DNA from: an uncultured Acidobacteriota bacterium
Lineage (GTDB): Bacteria > Acidobacteriota > Terriglobia > UBA7540
Direction of reading: 5' to 3'
DNA: 64,000 nt
NCBI GenBank assembly: GCA_963804995.1
Contig: CAWDSK010000003.1
Location: 1,152,001 to 1,216,000, forward strand
Part shown: in pieces, positions 11,401 to 21,943 of the stretch
Numbering within the stretch: position 1 is the first letter of the stretch
How the letters are laid out: each line of letters starts with the position of its first letter
Position numbers and translations under genes: made by a program
Notes under the pieces: generated by a model
What the model was told of the DNA's origin: nothing
Databases searched by the model: none
Seen by the model: the letters and a program-made list of their open reading frames with translations, nothing else

Positions 11401-11499
11401 GGCACGGTCGATTTGGGCGAAAGCAACTCCCACAAACAAGTTGGCGCCAATTAGAGCGAGAAGAACAACCCGTATCATGCGAAGCAACTGCTGATGCAT
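8491..11499 (-). CDS. TonB-dependent receptor with carboxypeptidase-regulatory-like N-domain
   Basis: 1002 aa; GTVTDPSGA, IPLNGR, IAEFRV, NQFGGSVGGPI, terminal RLQFMLRLDF. Confidence 0.92.
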   Translation of the reverse strand: MHQQLLRMIRVVLLALIGANLFVGVAFAQIDRANLNGTVTDPSGASVPNSKVEVVAPDTGFKRETTTGNSGVYSISSLPTGLYDLTVSGQGFKTFAMEGIQLSVGQTRTVNVRLEVGAPTTKVEVRGTATALDSNDAEISTVVQSRQVEDIPLNGRDWSLLMTLAPGAVNLGAGGQRDLRFVGRGIDDSNYTYDGVDATGVQEQSQKVGVRLAISLESIAEFRVSSSVYTADQGGSAGAIVSIVSKTGTNTLHGSAFDFLRNNVFDARSPFDSSIPPFRMNQFGGSVGGPIQKDRTFFFADYEGLRQRLDTTVIGFVPNAAFRQSVTSPILQPFLAQWPVGTVPVDSITNEWIQPQSDNIREDGGMFRLDHTFNAKTSIFARLNIDDATSTSPLDTLGGLDNPLIRPSNYVVQLTHTFSPSIINELRGGINRSALHHYQNGTCPLQMSANGLPGTGCASVPPFDSPSDSQLDEEVGTTIDGYDNLTIVRGRHTIKVGLAVERHRLNNSDESIANGDLSYASSDNFLNNILDDYSFVGSLTLGGERRTYIMPYVQDTFKIRPNLTLNYGLRYEHYTVLKEAFGRQAVVKVSCGGFCPMGTPLYSPYYKDFGPRLGLAWAPGGDAGKTVIRTGFGMYFSPNQMDDFTDGHESTDQRFDVSSADVANLAWPVLPALLPAPLYSPKAWDPNRRDGYIENWDFTVERILPGNFVGQIAWDGSEGHRLFGKINANVINPLTGLRPIPTFGQYGYKNNLGNSNFNALQVSLQRHLTSGWLWGTQYMWSHGLADEGFGAGDTISVQNVSCFRCDYSSTSIDVRQSLSLNSVYELPFGHGKPFLNTGGVAGKVLGGWQLSGIAAAMSGRPINITVKRKASAMLDGNTSGQRPDLVPGVPIYAAGQNINNWFNPAAFSAPAKFTWGDLGRYVARGPGYYEIDTALQKEIPLTEQLKLKFRAEAFNLLNRPIYGDPGGSISSDSFGVITGQLNDGATGTGTSRRLQFMLRLDF

Positions 11500-11825
11500 T
11501 GAACTTCCTCCTTTTGCAGCGTTTTATTCCGACCCTGGACCCGATTGACTGCCAGCAGGTGATGAATTGCACACCCCAAACGTCGGCCCCCTCTACCGCA
11601 GAAACCGCCCTTGGCAATACCGCTTGCGTGGGCGTGCGCCGACTTTCTTAGAACGAATGCGCCCTGATGGTGCAACATCCACATGACGCCTGTGTTGCAC
11701 GCTGAAGAATTTATGTAACAAGGTGACACGCCGAGCCAAGGTTGAAGCTGAATGTGTAGCGCCCATGAATTGTTGGTGACGGATGTGTGAAATCGGAAAG
11801 GATCGATGAAATTGCGCGCAGCGCT

Positions 11826-11929
11826 TTGGACTGCGGTAGCAGCAGCTACCGCTTTCTGCCTTCGGTTAATACGGCAAAGACACAAGGGGCGGAGGAAGAA
11901 AAGCGGTAGCTGCTGCTACCGCAGTCCAA
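11826..11929. repeat. TGGACTGCGGTAGCAGCAGCTACCGC REP-like inverted pair (single copies ~5617-5648 and 41412-41443; related 63273-63381)
   Basis: Near-perfect inverted copies. Confidence 0.75.
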
Positions 11930-12104
11930 AGTGCCTTCGGCACACATATTTTCGCAGCAGCAGGCGGCGACGCCGCGAGGGTGGCTTTCTCCCGCATTAA
12001 ACCGAACTCAGACATTCTGAACGCCAAATTTTGCCTCAAACTTCTTTCTCTCTTAACCGAAATATAATATAGTCGTCACAATTCTGTAATCTGAGGCTCG
12101 CGCC

Positions 12105-13094
12105 ATGCGACTTCAAAGGGTAGCAACGCTTCTGGTGACCGGTTTAGTGCTCGCATGTGTCCGGGTGACGGCGGCTGATGCACCCTCTGCCCCGAATCCA
12201 CATCCCGATATTGTCAGCCCCTACCAAGCTTACGATTTACCACTGAGATTGTTCTGCCCGTCCCCCAGCCGGCCTGTCGGCGTCCTCCTGCATGTGCGCA
12301 TTAACGGTGGGCGGCCTCTGCGCCTGGTCCTCAACAGCGCTGCTGAGACCACCGTGATTAGCGCTAAGGCTGCGCGCGCCTTCGGCCTTTCCGCCGAATC
12401 AAGGATGGAGTTAGTGGGTTTGGGGAGCAGGCCCGCAAGGGTGGGCCGGGCAGAGACTGTTGAAATTGGTCCCATCTCTTTCCGAAACTGCTCCGTGGCT
12501 TTTGTGGAGGGCACTATAGCCGAAGGGGCGGACGGGGTGATTCCGTTGGCGCTGTTCTCCGACTTCCTCATGCGGCTCGATCTGCCGGGCAGGACTCTCA
12601 GACTCATACCCTATCCGGAGGAGAAGGGCCCGGAGGGTTCTTCCAACCGGGCGCTCGAACAACACGATTTCCTGCTTGTCGAATCCGTATTGAACCGAAA
12701 GCATCACGGGTATGTCATCCTGGATACGGGCGCCTTCTGTAGCGCGATCTCGCGCGAGGTAGCAGACACTTTGGGCGGTTCGCGTAATGTCGCGGATTTG
12801 CCGATTGGGGCAGGGACTGGGCCCGCCACCGGCCAGCTTGTTTCCGCCGATGTGCATTTCGAGATTGCCGGGCAGGAATTTGTTCCCGACCGCGTCGTCG
12901 CCCTGGATCTGCTGAACCTGAGTCGCCACTACGGTGTGGAAGTTGTGGGTGTAGTGGGGTTCCCGGACTTGAGCCCCTATGTTCTCACCGTTGACTATCG
13001 CAACCGGTCGGTCAAGATCGAACCGAAGCTGAACGCTTCTCCCCGGGAGCGGGGTCACCGCGAAAACCCTCACACTCCTCTGGCATTTCGCTAA
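12105..13094 (+). CDS. Secreted double retropepsin-like aspartyl protease
   Basis: Two units: LVLNSAA (degenerate) / ADGVIPL and ILDTGA / VGVVG; signal peptide. Confidence 0.8.
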   Translation: MRLQRVATLLVTGLVLACVRVTAADAPSAPNPHPDIVSPYQAYDLPLRLFCPSPSRPVGVLLHVRINGGRPLRLVLNSAAETTVISAKAARAFGLSAESRMELVGLGSRPARVGRAETVEIGPISFRNCSVAFVEGTIAEGADGVIPLALFSDFLMRLDLPGRTLRLIPYPEEKGPEGSSNRALEQHDFLLVESVLNRKHHGYVILDTGAFCSAISREVADTLGGSRNVADLPIGAGTGPATGQLVSADVHFEIAGQEFVPDRVVALDLLNLSRHYGVEVVGVVGFPDLSPYVLTVDYRNRSVKIEPKLNASPRERGHRENPHTPLAFR

Positions 13095-13191
13095 CCCGGA
13101 ATTCCTACCACGGTTCTGGAAGGGCGGGGCTTATGGTTTTTGAATTTATAAATTCAAGAACCATTCGCCCCCCCGTTACAAGGCCCTCGCC

Positions 13192-13282
13192 TTATGACGT
13201 AGCGATACGATCACCCGAGAATATGTCGTACGGACTCTGTATCTGCAGCAGAAACGCTTCCGCTCGTTTGTATCCGCGTCCG
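13192..13282 (-). pseudogene. 3' fragment of a PIG-L deacetylase paralogue
   Basis: Encodes RGYKRAEAFLLQIQSPYDIFSGDRIATS*, identical to the C-terminus of 21944-22717. Confidence 0.85.
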
Positions 13283-13410
13283 GAACAATCCCGTGAGGAA
13301 CTTTCCGGGTGGCTTGACCAGGGGGTGAGCTTTGTCGGGCCAGGTACTAACTGTAACGGACGGTCGGTTTCAGATCGCAGATTATGCTGCCTCCACACCG
13401 CTGAGCCATT

Positions 13411-14799
13411 TCACGCCTGGCCTGGGGCGACGCCTCGCTGGAGCATCCTGTTGAGCGTCATAATATTCAAGATCAGTTGGCGAACCGGATGGTAATTGTC
13501 CTGGCGCCCGACGTGAGGCTGAAAAGTCATGCGGCGGTCGGCAAAAAGCATCGCAGCGGCGGGGTGACCACGATCCTTTTGCCAGAACTTCTGGTTGCTG
13601 ATCCGGTAGGCCATTCCGAAGTACTCGGCTGCCCAATCCGCCCCGGTTCGCTCAAATACCTTTAGCGTTGCGACCAGCGCTTCATTCTGGCACCACAAAC
13701 ACTTCAGGTATTCATACTCGCCGGAGAAGTGAAACTCGAGATGCGTCCCCGGCGGGGTTTCGACCGGCCATTCGTAGGACGGGTGATCCACGTTGACCCA
13801 CTGCGAAAGCCCCCCGTAGATGTAGTCCCAACCGGCATTGAGATGATGATGGATGCGCTCGGCACAGGTCTTCCACAGCCCCGGATCGTGGCGGCGGTCG
13901 GCCTCGTCCATAACCATCCATAAGGCCTCGACCGCGTGGCCGAACCGCGATTTCTGCGCCTCCTCTTTCGGCCGCGTGAAATCGAAATACAACATCTCGG
14001 TATTCAAGCCGATGTCGGGGTTGAAGTGCCGATTCATGATCGCGTCCGCGGAGCTGTCGGCGATCCTGGCGATTTCAGGATCGCTCTCCCGTTCGAGTAT
14101 CTGCGTAGCGAGGCGAAGATTCAGGAACCATAATCCCTGGGGCCGCACGGCACGCTTACTGCCCCAGAGATAAGGGAAGTCCGCGCCGCGGTACCGGAAA
14201 CCGGGGCTGTCGAAGTCCCGGAAGAGCTTCTTCAGGATACCGATCGCGGCTTCATGGGACTGACCGTCCCCGCTGGCCGCGGCGTATGCGTAAAGGCCCT
14301 CGGCCAAGTGGTACATCCCTTCGGTATCGCCGCTGAACGGCCTGAGCACTTTGCCTTCCCGCGATAACTCTTCCGCCCACTCCCCGTCGGGCTGGAGCGC
14401 GTACTTAAACACGAATTCCTTGGTCTTTCTCGCCACGTCCAGGAATTGGGGATCCTTTCCAAAGTGGTTATACAGGAAGCTATAAATCCAGATGGCGCGC
14501 CCCAGAAACCAGAGATTTTTGCGCTGATCAACCAGTGTGCCGTCGTAATCGAGACTGCACATAAGTCCGCCGTACTCGTGATCGATCCCGTATTTGTCCC
14601 AAAAGGGCAGAACCGCCTGGAAAAGCTGGTCGTGCAGTTTCTGGCGCAATTCCGCAACCCCCATGCCGGCCAGCCGCTCGGGCGATGCTAACGTCCCCTC
14701 TCGGCATGGATCCCGTACACTCTGGGCGTTGCCGGGCCCCGGCATGCCAAGCTGGGCCGCGGCAGCGCCCGTCAATCCGAGAAACGCGCGTCGTTTCAC
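13411..14799 (-). CDS. AGE-family (N-acylglucosamine 2-epimerase-like) enzyme, Tat-exported
   Basis: MKRRAFL; LPFWDKYGID.EYGG, KNLWFLGRAIW, GHAVEALW, YHPVR. Confidence 0.85.
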   Translation of the reverse strand: MKRRAFLGLTGAAAAQLGMPGPGNAQSVRDPCREGTLASPERLAGMGVAELRQKLHDQLFQAVLPFWDKYGIDHEYGGLMCSLDYDGTLVDQRKNLWFLGRAIWIYSFLYNHFGKDPQFLDVARKTKEFVFKYALQPDGEWAEELSREGKVLRPFSGDTEGMYHLAEGLYAYAAASGDGQSHEAAIGILKKLFRDFDSPGFRYRGADFPYLWGSKRAVRPQGLWFLNLRLATQILERESDPEIARIADSSADAIMNRHFNPDIGLNTEMLYFDFTRPKEEAQKSRFGHAVEALWMVMDEADRRHDPGLWKTCAERIHHHLNAGWDYIYGGLSQWVNVDHPSYEWPVETPPGTHLEFHFSGEYEYLKCLWCQNEALVATLKVFERTGADWAAEYFGMAYRISNQKFWQKDRGHPAAAMLFADRRMTFQPHVGRQDNYHPVRQLILNIMTLNRMLQRGVAPGQA

Positions 14800-15387
14800 G
14801 ATTCAACTCTCCTCTGTGTTCTTTGAGCGTGTATATGCACCGCAGCCGCATGGAGGGGAGAGAAAGTCAAGTTAGACACGGCCTTGTTTTCCTTGTGGTC
14901 GACACTTACGGCGTGCCCCGAGACCATAAAGCCTACCCAGCGGGGCGGCGCGCCCCCGCTCTCCCCTGACTGCCTCCTTCGCAACCGGGAGCAGTCTAGA
15001 TTAAAGTAACTTCAATTTCCATACCATGTCAGAAGGTCAGATAGGACAATCCCCCCAGTAATCAGATTGGACAGTGGACCCACTGGCTGAGTTCGGGGAC
15101 GTTGTGGGGAAGTAGATCATGTGCGATTCCGTGCTCTCCTTGAGGTGTCCAGAGTCTCTAAAGCTGACTGGAGATGCTCGCCCTGGAATTAGGCTGCCCC
15201 GACTACCGTAAGCAACGGGGCTCCAAGTTGCGTGAACTTAAAAGGCGCCGCAGCTTGCATCGCGGCCACCGCTCTCACAGCCGGCACCTTGCTACCCCAT
15301 AGATGCACGCGCCGGTCTGTTAGTTACGCGCCCGCTCCGGCCCGGGATTCGCTAGCGGGCCAGAACCGAGCATGGCGTCAGGGCAGC

Positions 15388-15535
15388 TCAGGCCTCGACG
15401 ATGTTATTCCGGATGGCGTAGCGGACCAACTCACTCACCGAGGTGAGATTCAGTTTATGCATGAGGTTAGAGCGGTGAACTTCCACGGTCTTGATGCTGA
15501 TATTCAAGCAGGCGGCATCCTCCTTATTACTCCGC
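15388..15535 (-). pseudogene. LuxR/NarL-type HTH remnant of a response regulator
   Basis: Manual translation: SNKEDAACLNISIKTVEVHRSNLMHKLNLTSVSELVRYAIRNNIVEA*; no receiver domain or start. Confidence 0.8.
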
Positions 15536-17005
15536 TTCCGTGGCACTGACGAGTTCGAAGAAATGATGCCCCATAATCGCCAGGGTGATGGCCTTGCTGA
15601 AATGGTGCCGATGCTGGCTTAGGGACTGAGCAAAGAATTTCCAATACTCCTGGCGGTAATTGCTGAGCAAGCCTTGCCGAAAGAGCGAGCGGCCCAGCGC
15701 CAGGATATCGGCGAAGTCGATGGGCGAGCGCGACCCGCGGCCCAACTGCCCCAGGAAAGCCGAGGCGCGCTGGAAATATTCCCGCGGGTTGTAAATGGTC
15801 TGGAGGATGCGCCGGTACCCATCCAGCAATTCCTGCGTATCCATGCGCGGGATGAAGTTCAAGTCGGCCAGCGTGTTGTTCCCCAGGCTGGATTTGATGA
15901 GCCGTCCCTCCGCCTTGAGCCGCCGCCACAACTGCGTATTGGGCAGGGCCGTGAGCAGCCCGACCATGGAGAGGGGAATAGCGGCTTCGCGGATAAAGGC
16001 GATCTGGCGGTCAAAGACATCGTGCGGGTCATTATCAAAGCCTACGATGAACCCCGCCATCACTTCCATGCCGTAAGCCTGAATGAGCTTCACACTTTCC
16101 AGCAGATCCTTGCGGAGATTCTGGAATTTGGTAGTTTCTTTCAGGCTCTCGGCCACTGGCGTCTCAATGCCCAGGAAGACACGTGTAAAATGCGCCTCGC
16201 GCATCAGGGCCAGCATCTTCTCGTCTTCCGCCAGGTTCAGGGAAGCCTCAGTGTAAAGCGAGAAGGGAAACTTGTGCTCGCGCATCCACTCCACCAGGCG
16301 GGGGAGCAGGAGCATAACGTTTTTCTTATTGCCGATAAAGTTGTCATCCACCATGAAAACTGAGCCGCGCCAGCCCAGCCGGTGAAGCTGGTCGAGCTCC
16401 GCGCACACCTGATCGGGGGTCTTCGTTCTCGGCCGCCGGCCGTAGATCTCGATGATGTCGCAGAATTCACAGGTGAACGGACAGCCCCGGGAGTACTGAA
16501 GCGACATGGAACTGTAGCGCCGCATGGGCGCGATGCGCAGGTCCGGCAGCGGCACCTGGGTGACGTCGGGCCATTGCTTTTTGAAGTAGTGGGGTTGGGC
16601 CTCGCCCCGTTCCAGGTCCGCCGCAAGCTGGGGGATGATCTCCTCGGCTTCCCCCTCGACGGTGTGGTCGGCTTCGGCGATGGCAGGGTCCTTGGCGCTG
16701 ACAATCGGGCCGCCCACCACCGTGCGCACTCCGAGACGCTTGGCCCGCGCGATCTGCTCCTTCATCGAGGGTCCCTGCACGATCATGCCGCTCAGGAAGA
16801 CGACGTCCGCCCAGGCCAGGTCGGAGTCCTTAAGGCGGCGCACGTTCAGATCCACCAGCCGGCGTTCCCAGTGCGATGGCAGCAGCGCCGACACAGTGAG
16901 TAAACCCAAGGGAGGGAAGGCCGACCTCTTTCCTTCAAAGGGTAAAGCGTGCTTGAAGCTCCAGAACGTGTCCGGAAACTCCGGATAGACCATTAAGACT
17001 TTCAC
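15527..17005 (-). CDS. B12-binding radical SAM protein (DUF4070-type)
   Basis: YPEFPDTFWSF, PPLGLLTV, SRGCPFTCEFC, VDDNFIG, GIET, GFIVGFD. Confidence 0.9.
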   Translation of the reverse strand: MKVLMVYPEFPDTFWSFKHALPFEGKRSAFPPLGLLTVSALLPSHWERRLVDLNVRRLKDSDLAWADVVFLSGMIVQGPSMKEQIARAKRLGVRTVVGGPIVSAKDPAIAEADHTVEGEAEEIIPQLAADLERGEAQPHYFKKQWPDVTQVPLPDLRIAPMRRYSSMSLQYSRGCPFTCEFCDIIEIYGRRPRTKTPDQVCAELDQLHRLGWRGSVFMVDDNFIGNKKNVMLLLPRLVEWMREHKFPFSLYTEASLNLAEDEKMLALMREAHFTRVFLGIETPVAESLKETTKFQNLRKDLLESVKLIQAYGMEVMAGFIVGFDNDPHDVFDRQIAFIREAAIPLSMVGLLTALPNTQLWRRLKAEGRLIKSSLGNNTLADLNFIPRMDTQELLDGYRRILQTIYNPREYFQRASAFLGQLGRGSRSPIDFADILALGRSLFRQGLLSNYRQEYWKFFAQSLSQHRHHFSKAITLAIMGHHFFELVSATEAE

Positions 17006-17444
17006 GCCAATTTCCTTCCTGCGCCAGAGATGTGCCACGGGCAGCCTGCCCCGATCCATCGGCATCCCGCCCGTGCCGCAGGCATGGCCAGAGCCTGCCC
17101 TGAGCCCAGCGAAGGGATGGCCATGGCACAAGTGGCCGGGGGTAGACCCAGGAATTTCATTGTTCAGCCCCCCGTTTTCATTAAAACATCTTCGGTGTCC
17201 TCGTGTCTGTTCAAAATTGCTCACTTTTGCGGGAATCACTTTGGAGTAGGGGTTGGCTGATCGAGGGAGGTTGTAGCGCGGACCTGTTCTGGAGGTCCGC
17301 GGCTTTTAGGTTCAAATCCAATGGCCGGGCGAAGTTTTGGACCCGTTTACGCGCGAAGCTGTGCGGAGGCAGAAGAACCGCGGACCTAAAGAACGGACCC
17401 GCACTACGCTTGCTTATCGGAGCATTCATTATCACGCTTCGGGC

Positions 17445-19312
17445 TCAGGTGCTGAGGTACCACGGCACGACGATGATAAAAATTCGTTGGTTCTCTTTCA
17501 GAAGCAAGAGCGCCTTCAGCCATTCCGCGCGCTGATTATGCAGGAAGTAGTGGTACCAGCGCCGTTCCACCAACTCCGGAACCAGCACCGCGATCTGGCG
17601 GTCCGGGTTATTCCGCTCAAGTTCCAGAACATAGTTCACAATCGGGGAGATTACGAAGCGATAGGGTGATTTCAACACGACCAGGCGGGGAGGCGCCAGC
17701 CCGGCTCGTTTCGCCGGCTCCTCGACATAGTAGTCCCATTTCCGGCAAAAATCCCCCGCATCCTTCTCACAATCGATATGCAACGCCTGCACTTCTGTCG
17801 ATACCTTCAGGGCGACGCGCAGAGCTTTTTGGGCGATCTTATTCCAATAAAGAATCGGCACGACCACCAGCGGAGCGCGCAGGTTGGTTAAATCCAGGGG
17901 TAGCGGGTTGGCGGTCTCAGCATTGACACGATCATAGTGCCGCCGGACGGACATCATCAGTATGACCATCGCAGGTATCAGCAAGGTGGTTACCCAGGCC
18001 CCGTCAGCGAACTTGGCGACCGTCACCACGGCCACGGTGGTTGCCGTCGCGGCCGATCCCAGCCCGTTGACAAACATACTGTGCCGAGATCTGGCCCCCC
18101 CGTTCGCCTCCAGTGCGCCACCATGCCGGCCTGGGAGAGCGTAAACGCCAGGAAAGCGCCGACCGCGAACAGCGGAATCAGCCGGTCCGTGACCCCGCCG
18201 AACAGAATCAGGAGCACGGCGCACAACGCGGCCAGGATATAGATTCCTTGCGAGTACACCAGCCGCCTGCCGCGCGAGGCAAAGCCCCGTGGAAGATACC
18301 CGTCCTCGGCGACGGCGCGGCAGAGGCGCGGAAAATCCGCAAAGGCAGTGTTGGCCGAGAGGGCGAGTACGAGCAGAATGGAACCGATCGTGATGTAGTA
18401 GAAGAGCCCTTTCCCCGCTACGGCGGCGATGAGCTGCGACAGCACGCTTTGGTATCCTGCTTCTCCGGGGTTGGTCGCTCCGATGTGGTAGGCATGAACG
18501 AGGAAGGCGATTCCCGCCAGCAGCACCATGAGGAGGGCAATGACCGCCGTCAGAGTGCGCTGCGCTGATTTCACCGCCGGTTCCCGGAAAGCTCCCACAC
18601 CGTTACTGACCGCCTCGACCCCGGTCATGGCCGTACACCCACTGGAGAAGGCCTTCAGCATCAGCCAGACGCCGACGGCTGCGGTCGGGAGGTGCAGCAT
18701 GGGCGGAGCTATCACGGGTACGGGATGACCTCCTGCGGCGAACGTCTTGGCCAATCCCAGCGCCAGAGTGATGAACATGCTTCCGACAAAGAGATAGGTG
18801 GGGAAGATGAACACCGCACCCGTCTCGCGGACGCCACGCAGGTTGATGAGCGTCATCAGCAACAAGATCCCAAGGCACATCAGCAGAGTGTGTGATTGCA
18901 GGGACGGCACGGCGGAGACCAGCGCCCCGACACCCGCAGAGATCCCCACCGCGGCCGTCAGCACGTAGTCAATCATCAGGGCTGCGGCCGCCAGCAGCCC
19001 GGGAAGCTCTCCCAGGTTCTTGCTGGCCACCGTGTAAGAGCCGCCGCCGGTGGGGTAGGCCTCAATAGTCTGGCGATAGGAGAAGTAGACGATCGCGAGC
19101 AGGATGATGATGCTGCCGGTGATCGGTATCAGATAGGCAATTCCCGCCGCGCCCAGCGGGACCAGCAACGTGAGTGCCGCCTCCGGGCCGTACGCGGCGG
19201 AGCTGAGCGCGTCCAAGCCAAAGACGCCGATCCCCGTCGAGGGGGCCAGCCGCTCCCCTCCTTCCTCCGAGGAACGCAGCGGCCGCCCAAATAGCAGATC
19301 AGTCCAAGACAT
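17445..19312 (-). CDS. APC-family amino-acid permease, frameshift in a G7 run at ~18095-18101
   Basis: DALSSAAYGPE, YPTGGGSY, AMTGVEAVSNGV; adding one G joins the two ORFs (HWRRTGGARSRHSM...SPYR..PELV). Confidence 0.85.
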
Positions 19313-19537
19313 GATTTATCCTTTGGCCCTGAAATTACCCGATAGCGGGAGAAGGTAGTTTGACACAAAAATCCGGCGGGACATTTGAAAACGTGTGGTC
19401 TGGCACCTATCTGGATTGCCGAGGAGCGTGCCATCAAAAGCAATTTCCCTTACGCATAACTTGTTGCACTATGATAGGCAGCCAAGCCCTCAGGTGAGCG
19501 TGGGGGTGGCTAATTCACTGGACGAATCGGGCCTACG

Positions 19538-20407
19538 GTGAGCCTCAAGGGGATTTCCAAAACCGCTTACGCGCTGGTCAAAGAGGCAAGCTCGGCGTGG
19601 GCGGAAGATAACGCCCCGAGCATGGGCGCCGCGCTGGCGTTTTACACAGTCTTTTCGCTTGCTCCGGTCCTGATTGTCGCCATAGCGATTGCGGGTCTGG
19701 CCTTCGGGCAGAAAGCGGCGGAGGGCGAATTCTTACGACAGCTCCAAACCTTGATTGGAGACACGGGAGCACGAGCCGTGCAAGCGATTCTGCAGAGCGC
19801 CGACCAGCCCGCCCTGGGAATTATTGCCAGCGCCCTGGGCATCGCGACCCTGCTGATTGGTGCGTCAGGGGCGTTTGTGGAGCTCCAGGGTGCGCTCAAT
19901 AAGATCTGGAAAGTTCCGCGCCAGCGTGAAAGCGTCTGGTTGCGCGTAATTCGACAACGCTTCTTGTCGTTCGGCCTGGTCCTGGGTCTGGGCTTCCTGT
20001 TACTGGTGTCGCTGGTGGTCAGCGCCGCGCTCGCCGCCGTGGCGCATTTCATAGCGCCGATGATTCCCTGGCCGATCTTTTTGTTGGAGGCGATCAATTT
20101 TCTTTTCTCGTTGGGTGTGATTACGCTGCTGCTCGCGATGATCTTTAAGTATCTACCTGACGTTGATATTTCCTGGAGTGACGTGTGGATGGGCGCCGCC
20201 GTCGCGTCGTTACTCTTGACCACCGGCAAAGCGGTGATTGGAATGTATCTCGCCCGGTCCACTGTCGCGTCAGCCTACGGGGCGGCATCATCCCTCGCCA
20301 TAATTCTCACTTGGGTTTATTACTCCGCGCAGATTGTTCTTTTTGGAGCGGAAATCACGCACGTCTACTCCTACCAACACGGTTCACAGTCGGAAGAAAC
20401 CCCGTAG
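19538..20407 (+). CDS. YihY/BrkB family membrane protein
   Basis: [43 protein letters not shown]. Confidence 0.9.
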   Translation: MSLKGISKTAYALVKEASSAWAEDNAPSMGAALAFYTVFSLAPVLIVAIAIAGLAFGQKAAEGEFLRQLQTLIGDTGARAVQAILQSADQPALGIIASALGIATLLIGASGAFVELQGALNKIWKVPRQRESVWLRVIRQRFLSFGLVLGLGFLLLVSLVVSAALAAVAHFIAPMIPWPIFLLEAINFLFSLGVITLLLAMIFKYLPDVDISWSDVWMGAAVASLLLTTGKAVIGMYLARSTVASAYGAASSLAIILTWVYYSAQIVLFGAEITHVYSYQHGSQSEETP

Positions 20408-20476
20408 CCCCGTACGCTGCGGCCTCGTGTTCTCTGGGGAAGGTGGACAAGGGGACGTGGAGTACGGGCCAAGTCA

Positions 20477-21628
20477 TCAGATCCTGATAAATTCCTTTTT
20501 GCGATACATCCAATATAGTAATAACCAGACGATGGCGAATGCCGCGCTGGCCTCGACGAATCCGGCCCAAGGGCCGAGGCGCGGGAGCAGGTGACCCACG
20601 AAGATGTTGCCTACGTGCCGGAAATCAAAAACTTGAGTGGCGATGTAAACTGCGAGCGAATTCATGCCGATCACGATGAACCCGAACGCCCACTTCCTAT
20701 AGCCGAGCACGTCGATGATCCAGTAGAAGAGCGCCAATGCCATAAAGCTCAGGCCGCCGGAGATCAGCACGTAAGAACTTGTCCACATCAGCTTGATCAC
20801 GGGAAACGAAAGGCTCCAGAGAAGTCCTCCCGCCAGGCTTACCGCGCCCGCAGTCAGCAGATGGACGATCTTGCCGAACGGCGTACCGTCAGACATCAGC
20901 ATCTGCCCGGCCAGGACGCCCAGCAATACGGAGGCGCCGAAGCCCAGATAGCTCAGGAACCAGGTATTCTCCCCATAATGCAAATGGCCGAGAACCCACT
21001 GGTCCACATAAGTCGGCAGGTTGCCTTCAGGAGTCAGGACTCCCGCGCCGACTCCGGGCACGGGGATCAGCATCACCATGGCCCAGTAGACAAGCAGCAT
21101 TGCCGCGATCGTGGCCACATGCCATTTCGGCTTCACCTTCAAAGCCACGAGGGTCGCCACCAAATATCCCGCGGCGAGTCCATGCAGCACGCTGTAGCAG
21201 GGACGGAATTTCGACCAATCGAACAAAAGGAGATTTCCCTGGGTGATCGTTCCCAGGCTGAACATGACGATAGCCCGCCAGACTGCGTGGAGCAGCAGGG
21301 TGCGGTCACTCTGGCCCCGGGCCCGCCGTTTCGCCACCGCCAGTGGGATGGCTGCCCCCATGACGAACATAAAGAGTGGCCAGATGAGGTCGTAGAAGTG
21401 CAGGCCCTGCCAGGGCACATGGTCGAACTGTTCGAGGAACTTGTCGAAGGAGGGGCGGTGGATGACTTTCCCCAACCCGAACAGCATCGCGGTGCCCCCG
21501 GTAATCCAGAACATATCGAACCCGCGCAGGGCATCGAGCGAGACCAGTCTTTCCGTGGGCGGTGGCGGGGTAGGGACCGCTTCGCTTGCAGGGGCCGGAC
21601 ATTCTCGTTCTACATCCGTGGCTTCCAT
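20477..21628 (-). CDS. DUF5009 / heparan-alpha-glucosaminide N-acetyltransferase-like membrane protein
   Basis: RLVSLDALRGFDMFWI, DLIWPLFMF, PVIKLMWTSSY, GMNS. Confidence 0.88.
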   Translation of the reverse strand: MEATDVERECPAPASEAVPTPPPPTERLVSLDALRGFDMFWITGGTAMLFGLGKVIHRPSFDKFLEQFDHVPWQGLHFYDLIWPLFMFVMGAAIPLAVAKRRARGQSDRTLLLHAVWRAIVMFSLGTITQGNLLLFDWSKFRPCYSVLHGLAAGYLVATLVALKVKPKWHVATIAAMLLVYWAMVMLIPVPGVGAGVLTPEGNLPTYVDQWVLGHLHYGENTWFLSYLGFGASVLLGVLAGQMLMSDGTPFGKIVHLLTAGAVSLAGGLLWSLSFPVIKLMWTSSYVLISGGLSFMALALFYWIIDVLGYRKWAFGFIVIGMNSLAVYIATQVFDFRHVGNIFVGHLLPRLGPWAGFVEASAAFAIVWLLLYWMYRKKEFIRI

Positions 21629-21943
21629 GGAATCCTCCTCGAAAACGTTACCATTCAGGTGACCTTACTTCGCTGGCACGCGCCGCACGTTCCAGCAGGC
21701 TGATGAAAAGCCACGTAGCGGCGGGTTTATCCCGCCATCCGCTCGTTGGCAATATGGCGGGGTAAACCCGCCGCTACGTCGCACCGTAAGGGTTTCTCCA
21801 CAGCTTGCCAGGCGGACGCCGGGCAGGCACTTCCTCCCGGGTGAGGAGGATTATATGGCGAAAAGAGAGTGAGCCCAAAGTCTCTTATTGACAGCCCCAG
21901 GACTGTCGGGTATTCAAACGTCGGAGAGAAAGGACCTGACGAT

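Noticed and set aside
11611..11627. Sigma-54 promoter near the TBDR
   Set aside because: GG-to-GC spacing is 11 rather than 10 nt and it points away from the gene
12330..12341. Naturally inactive first protease domain (NSA)
   Set aside because: The Asp-to-Asn change matches the recurrent GTCGAG-to-GTTGAG lesion and is probably not real
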